The notes below the pieces were generated by a model. It saw only the letters and a list, made by a program, of their open reading frames with translations. It was not told where the DNA came from and ran no database searches. Position numbers and translations under genes: made by a program. A stretch of DNA of 64,000 bases from an uncultured bacterium (GTDB taxonomy: Bacteria; Chlamydiota; Chlamydiia; Chlamydiales; SM23-39). Shown here piece after piece: positions 19,669-29,626 of the stretch; within the stretch, counting starts at the first letter, position 1, and every line of letters begins with the position of its first letter. Location of the stretch: assembly GCA_963716985.1 (NCBI GenBank), contig OY970323.1, positions 1,024,001 to 1,088,000 of the forward strand, in the 5' to 3' direction.

Positions 19669-20777
19669 CTAAGAAGAAGTTACCCAATCAAGAATCGAAG
19701 AAAACGTAGACTTTTTAGGTTCTGGTTTGGGTGCACCACAACATTTTGCAAACAAAGCAACAATGAGCGCAGGCACGCCAACAAAGGTGCCGAGCAAAGC
19801 GATGATGGAAGGACCGGGGGGAGGGGGGGAGGATCTGTGTGGGTAATGACGGGGATAACAACGGGTTTTTGCGTTGAATTTTGAACAGGCGTTACAAAAA
19901 AGGAACTCCAGGGAATAGCGAACGTTACTATGGTAGAAAGTGCAACTGCACTAATAATAACGACCCAGGTCGGTGTAGAGGCTAGGTTCCCGATTTGAGA
20001 AATTCTACCCCAAAGAGACGAAGAAGTTTTCTTGGGCTCTTCTGGCTTGAGATCTGCGGGCTTGGGCTTTGCGGACGTGGAGGCCTTTGGATCTGCGGAC
20101 ATAGGGGGGGTGGAACTTTCGGGCTTGGGCTTTGCAGAAACGGCACTTTGAAATTGAACAGCATCCGCGTATCGAGCTGCTAATAGGTCTGCAGTCATCA
20201 CAGCAATCTTTTGAGGTGTTGATGCGGATGATTGTTCTTCTGTTATAAGAGAGCTTTGATGAAATTGCCCCAGTACTCTACCGGCATAAATTTTTAATTG
20301 AGATAAGACCTTCTCGTCATCAGAACATGCATTATAAACCCCATGACCACTTTCTGCAAAAGAGGCATGAAATTTGTCTGGATTCAAAATAATATTTCTT
20401 GCGACTTCTCCAATTTTGACCGAAATCGTTACTTCGGGTGGTGTGGCAGGAGTTGGTGTGGGAGGAGTTGGTGTGGGAGGAGTTGGTGTGGGAGGAATAA
20501 GAACCCAATATCCATTAGAAGGCCGTATCACAAAGATGTGATCCCTTTGTAGAAAACCTACCATCTTTTCATTTGCGGGAATGTTTTTTGGGCTTCCAAA
20601 GGCTTCATAATACTCTTGCGAGGGAAACTCAATTCGTAATAATTTTGCACCTTCGAATTGGTCGTAAGTGCATGGAGAATAGCTTGCGCCGTATGCTTGT
20701 TTGTTTTCTGGGACAGGGCTGCTAGCTGCAGGTGCAGATGCGCCGGGGGATGGGACTGTACTTGTAGACGTTGTCAT
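19669..20777 (-). CDS. Putative effector: X-family domain + Ser/Pro linker + TM-Pro-TM-CC anchor, frameshifted at poly-C (19816-19829)
   Basis: ORF as assembled stops at 19680; adding one C gives DPPPPPPGPSIIALLGTFVGVPALIVALFAKCC...VTSS* ending at 19669; AAGGAG RBS. Confidence 0.7.
20446..20497 (-). repeat. 15-bp tandem repeat (PTPPT), 3 copies
   Basis: ggaggagttggtgtg x3 here versus x2 in the paralogue at ~27052-27088. Confidence 0.85.
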
Positions 20778-21622
20778 AAACAACTCCTTGTTAATTGTTT
20801 AAAGATAAAAAACAGGATTGGTCAATTACTTTTTTTGGACATTGACCGAAGAAGAAAAATTTCTGAGGACAGATCGTCATGTTCAATGTTCTCAATAAAT
20901 TTTGTTGCAAAAATGTAGAACGTTTAGACTTAAATGTAAAAAGGTTTTTTTAAGAATATAAAAATTTTTTTTAAAGGATTGGGGAGGGTTTTTTATGTCA
21001 TTAAATATAAGTATCTTGCAGGCGTCCTTGCATGCAGTTGTCTCAAAAAGTATTTTTGATTTTCCTAAAATTAACACTCGGTGAATCAGCTCTCCTCCTT
21101 TCCGGGCCAATCATTTGCCTTCGCTGCATTCTTTGTTGAGTTGACCGGCAACGGGGATTCTTCTTTCAATGACCCTCCGAATCAACCAGCCCAATGCTTG
21201 AAACTTCATTGGGCGTTTCTGATAGCATTCTCAGGAATCTAAACGAGAAAAAAGTTCTCCACTTAACGGCTTGTCTCAAGATCTGCACTCTCACCGCCTT
21301 TCCGGAGCAATACATCTTGCGGGATCCTTCTTGCCGTTTCTTCCCAATGGTGTCTGTCGAAGCCATTCCGATGAAAATGCTCTTTTGTAGGTGAAAGTGG
21401 GTTTTTGATCGTAAGCTATTGAAATTGAGTCGTTAGTTTTTATTGCATGAGGAATATGCCGGGAAAATCGAAATGCCTCGAGATCTCTTTGCGGTTCTTT
21501 TTTTATAAGACTATGGTTTTTATTGTGTTAATTTAAATTTATAATTAAATTGAATAAAAACTTTATAAACATGATAATTAGCTTAGAATAATAAAGTGCT
21601 GTTTATTGCATGTGGAGGAGCC

Positions 21623-23782
21623 TTGAAACCAAAGACCAAGGTGCAGATCATAACGACCAATGAGGCAATCGATAATCTAACAACGATTGCCGAAACGGAC
21701 TTTAATGCAAATACGCTGCTCGGCGTTGTGGATCAGGCGCGCTTTGTCTTGTCCGATCAAGACTATACGATGGGATCCATACAATGGCTGGCTCCTGAAA
21801 ATGCATCGGAAATTTTGGAGGTCATGAGAGTGACCTACCGAGCGCTCTTTCAATACCTCTGTGATCTTTATGAAAATATGCTCACCGATTGGGAAGATCT
21901 CAAATTGAAAAAGTCGCTCCAGGAGATGATGGAGATTGCCGGAGAGGCGGCGAGTGGGTTGGATCGCTATCTGGCGCTTTTCCCCGGCGTGATGGAGCGC
22001 GCATCGGAACTTGCGGAATACAAAGAGGTTCGTGCCTACTTTCTCGAAAGAATTGTTCCTAAATTCGACGGAGGCGTCGAAGGAGATCAAGAGTGGGCGC
22101 GCGAGTGGGTGGAAAACGAAGAGGCGTTAAATTTCGATCTGGAAAGAAGAGGGCTGAAAGATTTCGAAACGGTCCGAAGAGATCGCGAATATGAGCTTTT
22201 TTATGTCCGCGATGAAAATGACCGGCCTTTTTTTACTCCCGAGCTTTTGCGCAACATCAAACTCGTCTGCGATTTTGATGCAGCTGCCGGAGAGGAGTTG
22301 ACTGAAGACCCTCTGTTGAAAATTCAGGATTTTCAAGATCGCGATCATCATGCTGCAGCTTTGCAAATTCTGCATCTTGTCGACCCCTACATGCGCGATT
22401 TCTACAAAAGCCGCATCAACCATAAGGAACACGAGCTGGCCGCGCTTCTTCACAAGGCGCTTTTCGCCTTGATGCTTGCGGCAAATGAGAGGCATTTGAT
22501 GGCCAGAACCGGCAATAAACATTGCCTGCTCTATTTCGAGGATTTTCAGACGTTTTTACGAGAGGCGCTGACTTGCGACGAATACCAGAAGATTTTGGCT
22601 TATGAAGAGTCTGAGGTCACCTCCGCATCCCATGTGCTTTTGCGTTTGACCCACCATCTTTGCAAGGCGTTTTATTTGCGCACATCCGGCATAAAAGAAG
22701 AGATGATTGGGTTCATTTATCATCTGATCCATAAGGGAAAAGATAGAAAGGCAAAAAAAACAAAAGAGCCCGAGAGCGTTTTAGCAAAGATCGTTGAGAA
22801 TGACGATTCGATGCGCTTTTTCTTACGCTTTTTTCCCAATGGGGCCATCTTTAAGGACCTCGACGTGGTGAGGAGCAAAGAGGTCGTGGGGTTTGATCCT
22901 ATTTTGCAGAGAAATGATCCCGCAAAGCTCTATTCGGCCCATATCGATGGGCGTGTAGTGCAAATCGTTAAAATTCCCTCTCCCACAAGACAAGAGATCA
23001 TCACAAAAGCCAAGGTCGTTCCGGAATTTTTAGGATTTTTGCGTGCTGACGTTCGCGAAAAGCATCCCAAAAAACATCTCATGGTCCAGCTGCAAGATAA
23101 AACGTCATGGAAAGAGTTTGCCAGGGTCAAGGTATTGGAAGATTTGCAAAGAGAGGCCGAATGGAAGGGAAATCTTGTGGTTTTGACCCTAACGAAGGAT
23201 ACCGATTTTTATTTTCAAAACGGAGAGTATCTTTCTTTGGATCTTGCAAAGGATTTCATCGAGAACTTTTTCCAGCAGATCGAGAGCGCCGAGTGCGGAT
23301 ATTATCTTCCGCCGCTTGTGCAGACGGAAACGATGAAAAAAACGATCCTAGACCTTCTTTTTTGGGTTCATGAGAATTTCTTTGAAAGCAAAGAGCTTCT
23401 CAATCGAAAGGAGCGGTTGGATTTCATCGAGATTTTTTACCATTTCTTCATTTTGCGCTTGATCAAAGAAATCAAGCCGGACAGCATCAGCTTTACTTGC
23501 AAGGATGCGGTGGATGTCGGCGGGTCTTTGAGCGCATCTTTTTATGCTTTTATCAAGATTCTTTCCCAGCAAGTGCTCATCAAGCAGGATGAGGATTTTT
23601 TATTCTATCTTTTTTATGCCTGCCCGCTTCTAGTGCGCGAAAGGGCCATCGACCCTCAAAGGTTGCATCGTCTCCTATCTGCCCTCTCTCAGATCGAGAG
23701 CGGTTTGAAACGACGGGGAAAAGAGATCGTAAAAGAGGTAAGTTCTCTTTATGGATCAGATTTGGGAGCCGCTTCCTTTTGA
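21623..23782 (+). CDS. Conserved chlamydial-type hypothetical protein (~720 aa)
   Basis: Long ORF, TTG after GGAGGAG; D.EYELFY, PSPT.QE, ERLDFIEIFY, FTCKDAVD motifs. Confidence 0.8.
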   Translation: MKPKTKVQIITTNEAIDNLTTIAETDFNANTLLGVVDQARFVLSDQDYTMGSIQWLAPENASEILEVMRVTYRALFQYLCDLYENMLTDWEDLKLKKSLQEMMEIAGEAASGLDRYLALFPGVMERASELAEYKEVRAYFLERIVPKFDGGVEGDQEWAREWVENEEALNFDLERRGLKDFETVRRDREYELFYVRDENDRPFFTPELLRNIKLVCDFDAAAGEELTEDPLLKIQDFQDRDHHAAALQILHLVDPYMRDFYKSRINHKEHELAALLHKALFALMLAANERHLMARTGNKHCLLYFEDFQTFLREALTCDEYQKILAYEESEVTSASHVLLRLTHHLCKAFYLRTSGIKEEMIGFIYHLIHKGKDRKAKKTKEPESVLAKIVENDDSMRFFLRFFPNGAIFKDLDVVRSKEVVGFDPILQRNDPAKLYSAHIDGRVVQIVKIPSPTRQEIITKAKVVPEFLGFLRADVREKHPKKHLMVQLQDKTSWKEFARVKVLEDLQREAEWKGNLVVLTLTKDTDFYFQNGEYLSLDLAKDFIENFFQQIESAECGYYLPPLVQTETMKKTILDLLFWVHENFFESKELLNRKERLDFIEIFYHFFILRLIKEIKPDSISFTCKDAVDVGGSLSASFYAFIKILSQQVLIKQDEDFLFYLFYACPLLVRERAIDPQRLHRLLSALSQIESGLKRRGKEIVKEVSSLYGSDLGAASF

Positions 23783-23792
23783 TGCTCGATGA
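23749..23792. repeat. 44-bp overlap repeat, copy 1 (supplies the 3' end of 21623-23782)
   Basis: ttatggatcagatttgggagccgcttccttttgatgctcgatga; homologous to 26727, 27589 and 28373. Confidence 0.85.
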
Positions 23793-23817
23793 GTTCTCAT
23801 ATTTCTCTTTCTTTTTT

Positions 23818-25203
23818 CTATTTTTTTATAGGATAAACGAAAATGGTTTTGAGAAAAGCTTCATTGTTTAGAGAATCTAAGAAAGAAAGAGTATAGGTAA
23901 AAACTTCATTTTTTTTACAGTTATGGTCGTAAAATTCTAATGGGCCGTCCGAGAGGACGACTCCAATAGGAAGAGTCAAATTCCCATTGCGATAGATGGC
24001 ATAGCTTGTCGCATTGCTAACAGGTGTCCATGAAAGTTTATTAACCAGTTCACTTACTGTAGCAAAAGAATTATTGATCTGGTCTCCCTTAAAACTAGAA
24101 TAAGGATAAGCGGGCGAAGCGATAGAATTGATGGCCAAAGCAATATAGATAGGCCCTTCTCCTACTGCAATTGTTTTTATGACGGTATTCGTTGATGTTT
24201 GTAAAAGGCTAACGCTATTATTTCCTTGATTGCAAACATACCCATAAGATTCATCAGGGGTGATTGTTATACTCAGTGGCCTCAACCCTACGGGAATAGT
24301 TGTAATAACCGTGTCACTAGATGTTTGGATCGCGCTGATCGTATTATCGGCACTATTGCACACGTAAACTTTCGACCCACTTGGAGTAATCGTTGAGAAC
24401 ACCGGGTGGTTTCCTACTGAAATAGAATCAATCACCGTGTTAGTAGATGTTTGAATGACACTGACTCTGTTGCTTACAAAATTACAAACATAAGCTTTGG
24501 TTCCATCTGGGGTAATCTTTATATCAATCGGGTTCGTTGCCACAACAATTGTTGCAATGGGCATATTGTCCGATGTTCGAATGGCGGTGACAATGCCACC
24601 GCTAAAAGTACAGACATAAACTTTTGATCCGTCGGGGGTAATGGCGATAGAATTGGGTTCAACTCCTAAAGGAATCGTTGCGGTGACGGTGTTATCGGAT
24701 GTGCGGATGACGCTAATGCTGTCACTTTGAGAATTAGAAACATAAACATGAGATCCATCAGGAGATATGACTACTCTAGAGGGAAAGGAACCTACAGTAA
24801 CAGTCGTGACAGTATTATCTGATGTTCGAATGACACTGACAGTGCCGCTCTGAAGATTGCAAACATAAACTTGCGTTCCATCAGGAGTGATTGCTATTGC
24901 TTCCGGATAGGTTCCCACAGAAATTGTTGCAGCGATTGTGTTGTCGGATGTTTGAATGACGCTGACAGAATCACTGAGAATATTGCAAATATAAGCTTTC
25001 GTTCCATCGGGAGATATCGCCACAGGAGTGATCTCTATAGACTCCGGGTCCAATCCTACGGGAATTGTTGCAACGATTGTGTTATCAGACAATCGAATCG
25101 CACTAACAGTGCTACCAACTGAATTCGTAACAAAAGCTGTTTGTTCTGTAGCAAATAAAGAAATGCTCATAAGAAAGCTTAGAAAAAACAACTTTTTCTT
25201 CAC
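23818..25203 (-). CDS. YncE/YVTN-repeat beta-propeller protein, secreted
   Basis: Signal peptide; ~8 repeats of VG..P..I.I(T/S)PDG..YV.N..S..VSVI.TS.NT. Confidence 0.92.
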   Translation of the reverse strand: MKKKLFFLSFLMSISLFATEQTAFVTNSVGSTVSAIRLSDNTIVATIPVGLDPESIEITPVAISPDGTKAYICNILSDSVSVIQTSDNTIAATISVGTYPEAIAITPDGTQVYVCNLQSGTVSVIRTSDNTVTTVTVGSFPSRVVISPDGSHVYVSNSQSDSISVIRTSDNTVTATIPLGVEPNSIAITPDGSKVYVCTFSGGIVTAIRTSDNMPIATIVVATNPIDIKITPDGTKAYVCNFVSNRVSVIQTSTNTVIDSISVGNHPVFSTITPSGSKVYVCNSADNTISAIQTSSDTVITTIPVGLRPLSITITPDESYGYVCNQGNNSVSLLQTSTNTVIKTIAVGEGPIYIALAINSIASPAYPYSSFKGDQINNSFATVSELVNKLSWTPVSNATSYAIYRNGNLTLPIGVVLSDGPLEFYDHNCKKNEVFTYTLSFLDSLNNEAFLKTIFVYPIKK

Positions 25204-25277
25204 ACATCTTCTCCATTCAGCATGACAGTTTTAATTCGAGCGACCATGCGTTTGTCTCTCTCTTTTTTTGTTGCAAT

Positions 25278-25421
25278 CTCAACTGAGCTTAAGAACTGAG
25301 GCGGCATTCCAAGGTGCCCATATATTCGCTCCTAACATAGTCTCTAAATGCGCAAGAGACTTAAGGCTGGTCAACCTCAGGCTTGATCTCTCAAGCATCT
25401 CCCTTGGGAGGGGTGGTTGAC
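25278..25421 (-). ncRNA. Truncated HEARO/omega-RNA-like element (IscB transposon end), no iscB ORF
   Basis: Minus strand GTCAACCACCCC..AAGGG..GCTTG..AAGCC..GTTGACCAGCCTTAAG..GACTATGTTA..GGCACCTTGGAATGC..CCTCAGTT, matching the recalled order of omega-RNA 5' motifs. Confidence 0.72.
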
Positions 25422-25840
25422 AATTCCGCTTCAGGAATTTTATTATTGAAAAATAGTACATAAACAAAAAAATTCAGTCAAATTTTTTTTTGAATGCTTT
25501 ATCTCGCAGGGCTTTTATGAGATTTTTCCTGACGTCGCCTCGCTCTATGAAATGTACAACCTTCACGATTTAGCGCAGCACATTTTGAACGCTGTTGCAG
25601 ACCACGTCAACTTGTACGTTTTGTCTATGAGCAGGCAAGGTCAAGAATCTCTAGAAAAAGTCCTGTTTATCTTGGCTCTGCCATAAAAATTTGAAAAAAA
25701 TTACACAATCTGTTGATTACAACGCGAGTTAATGAAATACTTGACAAAGGTCAACATTATGCTGAGCCATATGTTCTCGTCACCCTTGAGGAAGAGGTAA
25801 TGTTTTTCGCAATTTCATCCACAGTGAAAAGAGAATTGCA

Positions 25841-26455
25841 ATGAAGGTAAAATTTTTTACATTTGTTTTCTGTTTTCTTCCACTGTTCGGTTCGGCAAGT
25901 TCACAGGTTTCTTCCCCTTCCAACCTGGAAGTAAAAACTGGCTATTTCTTTTTCACATCATCGCGTATGCAATGCGTGTATGATGAAGGGGGGCTCGACG
26001 TGCAGCTTTCTGGAACCTTAGGTTTTTGGCACTGGATGCGTCTTTATGGAAGCATGGAATATTTGCAAAAATCGGGCCACTCTCTCAATATCCACCAGCC
26101 CACTTCGATCTGGGAGCTTCCTTTAAGCTTTGGCCTGCAGACCTGGATACCGGTTTTTACCTCTTCAGACGATCACAAAAAAGTAGCCTTTTATCTGACA
26201 TTGGGACCGAGATATTCCTTCGTTTTTGTCCGAAACCATTCCAAATACGTCGATAACAAAATGAAGGAGAATGGAATCGGCGGTTTTGCCAATCTGGGAC
26301 TATTTGCTTCGATCAATCCCCATTTAAACTTTGATTTCTTTGGCGAATATTCCTATGCAAGACTACACTTCCATAGCTCGCACTTCGAAACCCAAGGCCA
26401 TACCGTTCAGATAGGCGGTCTTGCCTTCGGCGCTGCCGTAGGATATGCGTTTTGA
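25841..26455 (+). CDS. Small outer-membrane beta-barrel protein
   Basis: Signal peptide, alternating aromatic beta-strand pattern, C-terminal GYAF. Confidence 0.8.
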   Translation: MKVKFFTFVFCFLPLFGSASSQVSSPSNLEVKTGYFFFTSSRMQCVYDEGGLDVQLSGTLGFWHWMRLYGSMEYLQKSGHSLNIHQPTSIWELPLSFGLQTWIPVFTSSDDHKKVAFYLTLGPRYSFVFVRNHSKYVDNKMKENGIGGFANLGLFASINPHLNFDFFGEYSYARLHFHSSHFETQGHTVQIGGLAFGAAVGYAF

Positions 26456-26801
26456 GCCAGTCGGCATCAGCTTTACTTGCAAGGATGCGGTGGGTGTCGG
26501 CGGGGCTTTGAGCGCATCTTTTTATGCTTTTATCAAGATTCTTTCCCAGCAAGTGCTCATCAAGCAGGATGAGGATTTTTTATTCTATCTTTTATGCCTG
26601 CCCGCTTTTAGTGCGCAAAAGGGCCATCGATCCTCAAAGGTTGCATCGTCTCCTATCTGCCCTCTCTCAGATCGAGAGCGGTTTGAAACGACGGGGAAAA
26701 GAGATCGTAAAAGAGGTAAGTTCTCTTTATGGATCAGATTTGGGAGCCGCTTCCTTTTGATGCTCGATGATATCTTCATTGTAGAGCTTTAAAGAATCCA
26801 T
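26455..26801 (+). pseudogene. Duplicated 3' end of the 21623-23782 gene joined to a duplicated mlaD 3' end
   Basis: Near-identical to 23475-23792 with a 2-nt T deletion; 26761-26801 matches mlaD 28407-28447. Confidence 0.88.
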
Positions 26802-26835
26802 CGAGCAGGTTTCTTGGAGTTTTCTCACGAGGGAG

Positions 26836-27369
26836 CTACGTTAGGGTGTCCTGAAGGGAGTCTTTATAAAGCTGTCTCATTACCTTACCGGCATAAATTT
26901 TTAATTGAGATAAGACCTTCTCGTCATCAGAACATGCATCATAAACCCCATGACCACTTTCTGCAAAAGAGGCATGAAATTTGTGTGGATTCAAAATAAT
27001 ATTTCTTGCGACTTCTCCAATTTTGACCGAAATCGTTACTTCGGGTGGTGTGGCAGGAGTTGGTGTGGGAGGAGTTGGTGTGGGAGGAATAAGAACCCAA
27101 TATCCATTAGAAGGCCGTATCACAAAGATGTGATCCCTTTGTAGAAAACCTACCATCTTTTCATTTGCGGGAATGTTTTTTGGGCTTCCAAAGGCTTCAT
27201 AATACTCTTGCGAGGGAAACTCAATTCGTAATAATTTTGCACCTTCGAATTGGTCGTAAGTGCATGGAGAATAGCTTGCGCCGTATGCTTGTTTGTTTTC
27301 TGGGACAGGGCTGCTAGCTGCAGGTGCAGATGCGCCGAGGGATGGGACTGTACTTGTAGACGTTGTCAT
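26836..27369 (-). CDS. X-family hypothetical protein, stand-alone copy 1
   Basis: Near-identical to the 5' part of 19669-20777, own short C-terminus, same RBS/upstream region. Confidence 0.75.
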   Translation of the reverse strand: MTTSTSTVPSLGASAPAASSPVPENKQAYGASYSPCTYDQFEGAKLLRIEFPSQEYYEAFGSPKNIPANEKMVGFLQRDHIFVIRPSNGYWVLIPPTPTPPTPTPATPPEVTISVKIGEVARNIILNPHKFHASFAESGHGVYDACSDDEKVLSQLKIYAGKVMRQLYKDSLQDTLT

Positions 27370-27557
27370 AAACAACTCCTTGTTAATTGTTTAAAGATAA
27401 AAAACAGGATTGGTCAACTGCTTTTTTAAGACATTGTCCGAAGAGCAGACACTCCTGTGTTTGGATCTTCATTTTCAAAGATCGCAATAAATTTCTTCGC
27501 GAAAGCATAGAGCGTTTAGGCTTAAATGTAAAGTCGAGAGTGGGTGGAATCCGAGGA

Positions 27558-27628
27558 GAAAAGAGATCGTGAAAGAAGTAAGTTCTCTTTACGGATCAGA
27601 TTTGGGAGCTGCTTGCTTTTGATGCTCT
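27558..27628. repeat. Overlap repeat, copy 3 (diverged)
   Basis: gaaaagagatcgtgaaagaagtaagttctctttacggatcagatttgggagctgcttgcttttgatgctc. Confidence 0.85.
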
Positions 27629-27698
27629 ATACAAGTAGAGCTTCCTTTTGCTTTTGCGCAAAGAAGAGCGGGTTTCTCGGAATTTTCTGGAGCGGGAG

Positions 27699-28181
27699 CT
27701 ACTTTACGATCCTCTGAAGGGATTGTCGATAAAGTTGACTCATTACCTTACCGGCATAATCTTTTAATTGACGCAAGACCCGGCTGTCGTCAGCACTATT
27801 AACATCCACTGCATCCCGACGTGAAGAAGAGCTGCAGAATTGGGTTAGATTCAAGGTAACATATCTTGCGACATCTCCCATTTCGATCGCAATCGTTAAT
27901 TCTTTTTGGGATGTCGTGCCGGGAACTGGGGATGCTGTAAGGGGAACACAAGTCCAATACCCGGTCCTAGCGTGCACCACAAAGCAAAGTTCGTTAAGCG
28001 CCAAACCTACCATCTTTTCATTATATGTTTGCTCGGAAAGCTCAAAGCGTAATAATTTTGCGCCTGCGAATGGGTCGTGGATGGGAGGGTGTTTCTCGTC
28101 CCATGTTTGTGATTTTTGCCGGATGGGACTGCCGGCTGCAGGTGCTGATGCTCCAATGCTTGAAACTCCGACTGTAGACAT
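27699..28181 (-). CDS. X-family hypothetical protein, stand-alone copy 2 (diverged)
   Basis: Shares F.GAKLLR.E, NEKMVG, GYW, G.VAR...LN, DD..VL.QLK.YAGKVM.QLY with copy 1. Confidence 0.75.
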   Translation of the reverse strand: MSTVGVSSIGASAPAAGSPIRQKSQTWDEKHPPIHDPFAGAKLLRFELSEQTYNEKMVGLALNELCFVVHARTGYWTCVPLTASPVPGTTSQKELTIAIEMGDVARYVTLNLTQFCSSSSRRDAVDVNSADDSRVLRQLKDYAGKVMSQLYRQSLQRIVK

Positions 28182-28372
28182 GAACAACCCCTTGTTAATT
28201 GTTTAAAGGCATTTCCTGAAAAAACAAGATAGAGCAACTGCTTTTTTAAGACATTGTCCGAAGAGGAAAAACTTCTGAGGACGGATCTTCATTTTTAACG
28301 TTGTCAATAATTTTTTTTTCGTAAAAATGTAGAGCTTTGAGGCTTAAAAGTAAAGTCGAAAGCATGTGGAAT

Positions 28373-29626
28373 CTATGGATCGCACTTAGGAGGCGATTCC
28401 TGTTGGTGCTCGATGATATCTTCATTGTAGAGCTTTAAAGAATCCATGAGTCCATCGACTTTTTGGAGCAGGTCCGCAAAATCTTTTTTAAAAGAGGGGC
28501 TTTGGAGTATTTCTGTTTTGTTTTTTCTCTGCTCTGCTCTTTCAAGAAGCATCGAGAGTCGTTCGATGCCCACGTTGATTCCGTCGATCTCCCCTTCATA
28601 AAATTGACGAAATTCCTTCGGCGTTTGAAGTGCTTGGAGCAGGTTGGCCCTTTTCGTGCGTATGCGCTGCCAGTGTTTGTCATATTGGAAGAGCAGGCCA
28701 TAATGGTTGATGTCGTTCATGAGCGTATCGACTTTGCTCATGATATTGGTGAATCGAAGATAGAAATCCTCATCTGAAATGAGTTTTCCGAGTGTTCCTT
28801 TTCCATTGGCGATGTCTTTTGTGAATTTATTGATATTCGCCAGCATTTCGCCTCCATCGGTTTTGATGGATTTGCTGGCATCGACGAAGTTGGTGAGTAT
28901 TTCATCGAATTTGGAGACCATTTCATTTTGGTGCATCTCTTGCAGGGCATCGCGTATCAACTTCATATTGTCGGTAAAGACATCGACGGCATCTTTGACG
29001 GATGAGACCATGTCCTTTTCGTTAAAACTTTTTAGGGTGACATGCGCTTCTCCCATAGCGTTGGCAAAGGATTGGATCGCCTCTGAAAGCTCTTCTTTGT
29101 TTTCCATGAACCATTGTTCGAAATTGCCCACGGCGCTGTCCAGTTTTTCCGCGACGGAAGAGACCTCGTGAAAGGCCTGCTCGAGAGGTTCTGTGGAATC
29201 GGCATAGAGGATCTGGTCGGTGACTAGCTTGGCCTCTTCTCCTTTTCCCGGAGCCATGGGGATAATGGCAATGGACTTTTCTCCTAAAAGGCCGGTGGTC
29301 CGAATGGCGAGCTGATCGGTATTGTAGATCTCAACGCTGGAATCTACGCGAAGGGTCAATTCATAAAAGTAGATCCTGCCCAAAGCATCCACTTGATCTT
29401 CTCTAGCCGTTTTCACCTCTTTGATGGCGGCTACTTCTCCGACGGGCTTTCCCGCGAGGGTCACTCTTGTGCCAATCGAAATGCCGGCAACGTTGGAAAA
29501 ACGTACGTGCAGGATTTTTTTTCCATCTCCGATGGAGGGTTTGAAAAAGAGAATAGCCCAGGCAACTGCGAACATGGCGGCGACGATAAAAAGTCCAATG
29601 AGGAGATTTTTCATTTGTTCAGACAT
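28373..29626 (-). CDS. mlaD: MlaD/MCE-family protein
   Basis: N-terminal TM, MCE domain (F.NVAGI..G..V.LAG..VGEV, TTGLLGEK), coiled coil, GTLGKLI.D. Confidence 0.88.
   Translation of the reverse strand: MSEQMKNLLIGLFIVAAMFAVAWAILFFKPSIGDGKKILHVRFSNVAGISIGTRVTLAGKPVGEVAAIKEVKTAREDQVDALGRIYFYELTLRVDSSVEIYNTDQLAIRTTGLLGEKSIAIIPMAPGKGEEAKLVTDQILYADSTEPLEQAFHEVSSVAEKLDSAVGNFEQWFMENKEELSEAIQSFANAMGEAHVTLKSFNEKDMVSSVKDAVDVFTDNMKLIRDALQEMHQNEMVSKFDEILTNFVDASKSIKTDGGEMLANINKFTKDIANGKGTLGKLISDEDFYLRFTNIMSKVDTLMNDINHYGLLFQYDKHWQRIRTKRANLLQALQTPKEFRQFYEGEIDGINVGIERLSMLLERAEQRKNKTEILQSPSFKKDFADLLQKVDGLMDSLKLYNEDIIEHQQESPPKCDP

Noticed and set aside
21060..21420. Short ORFs or possible IS remnant
   Set aside because: No recognisable motif in any frame I read
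23749..28416. CRISPR array or integron attC sites
   Set aside because: Repeats are 0.8-3 kb apart, derive from coding sequence, and no cas or intI gene is present
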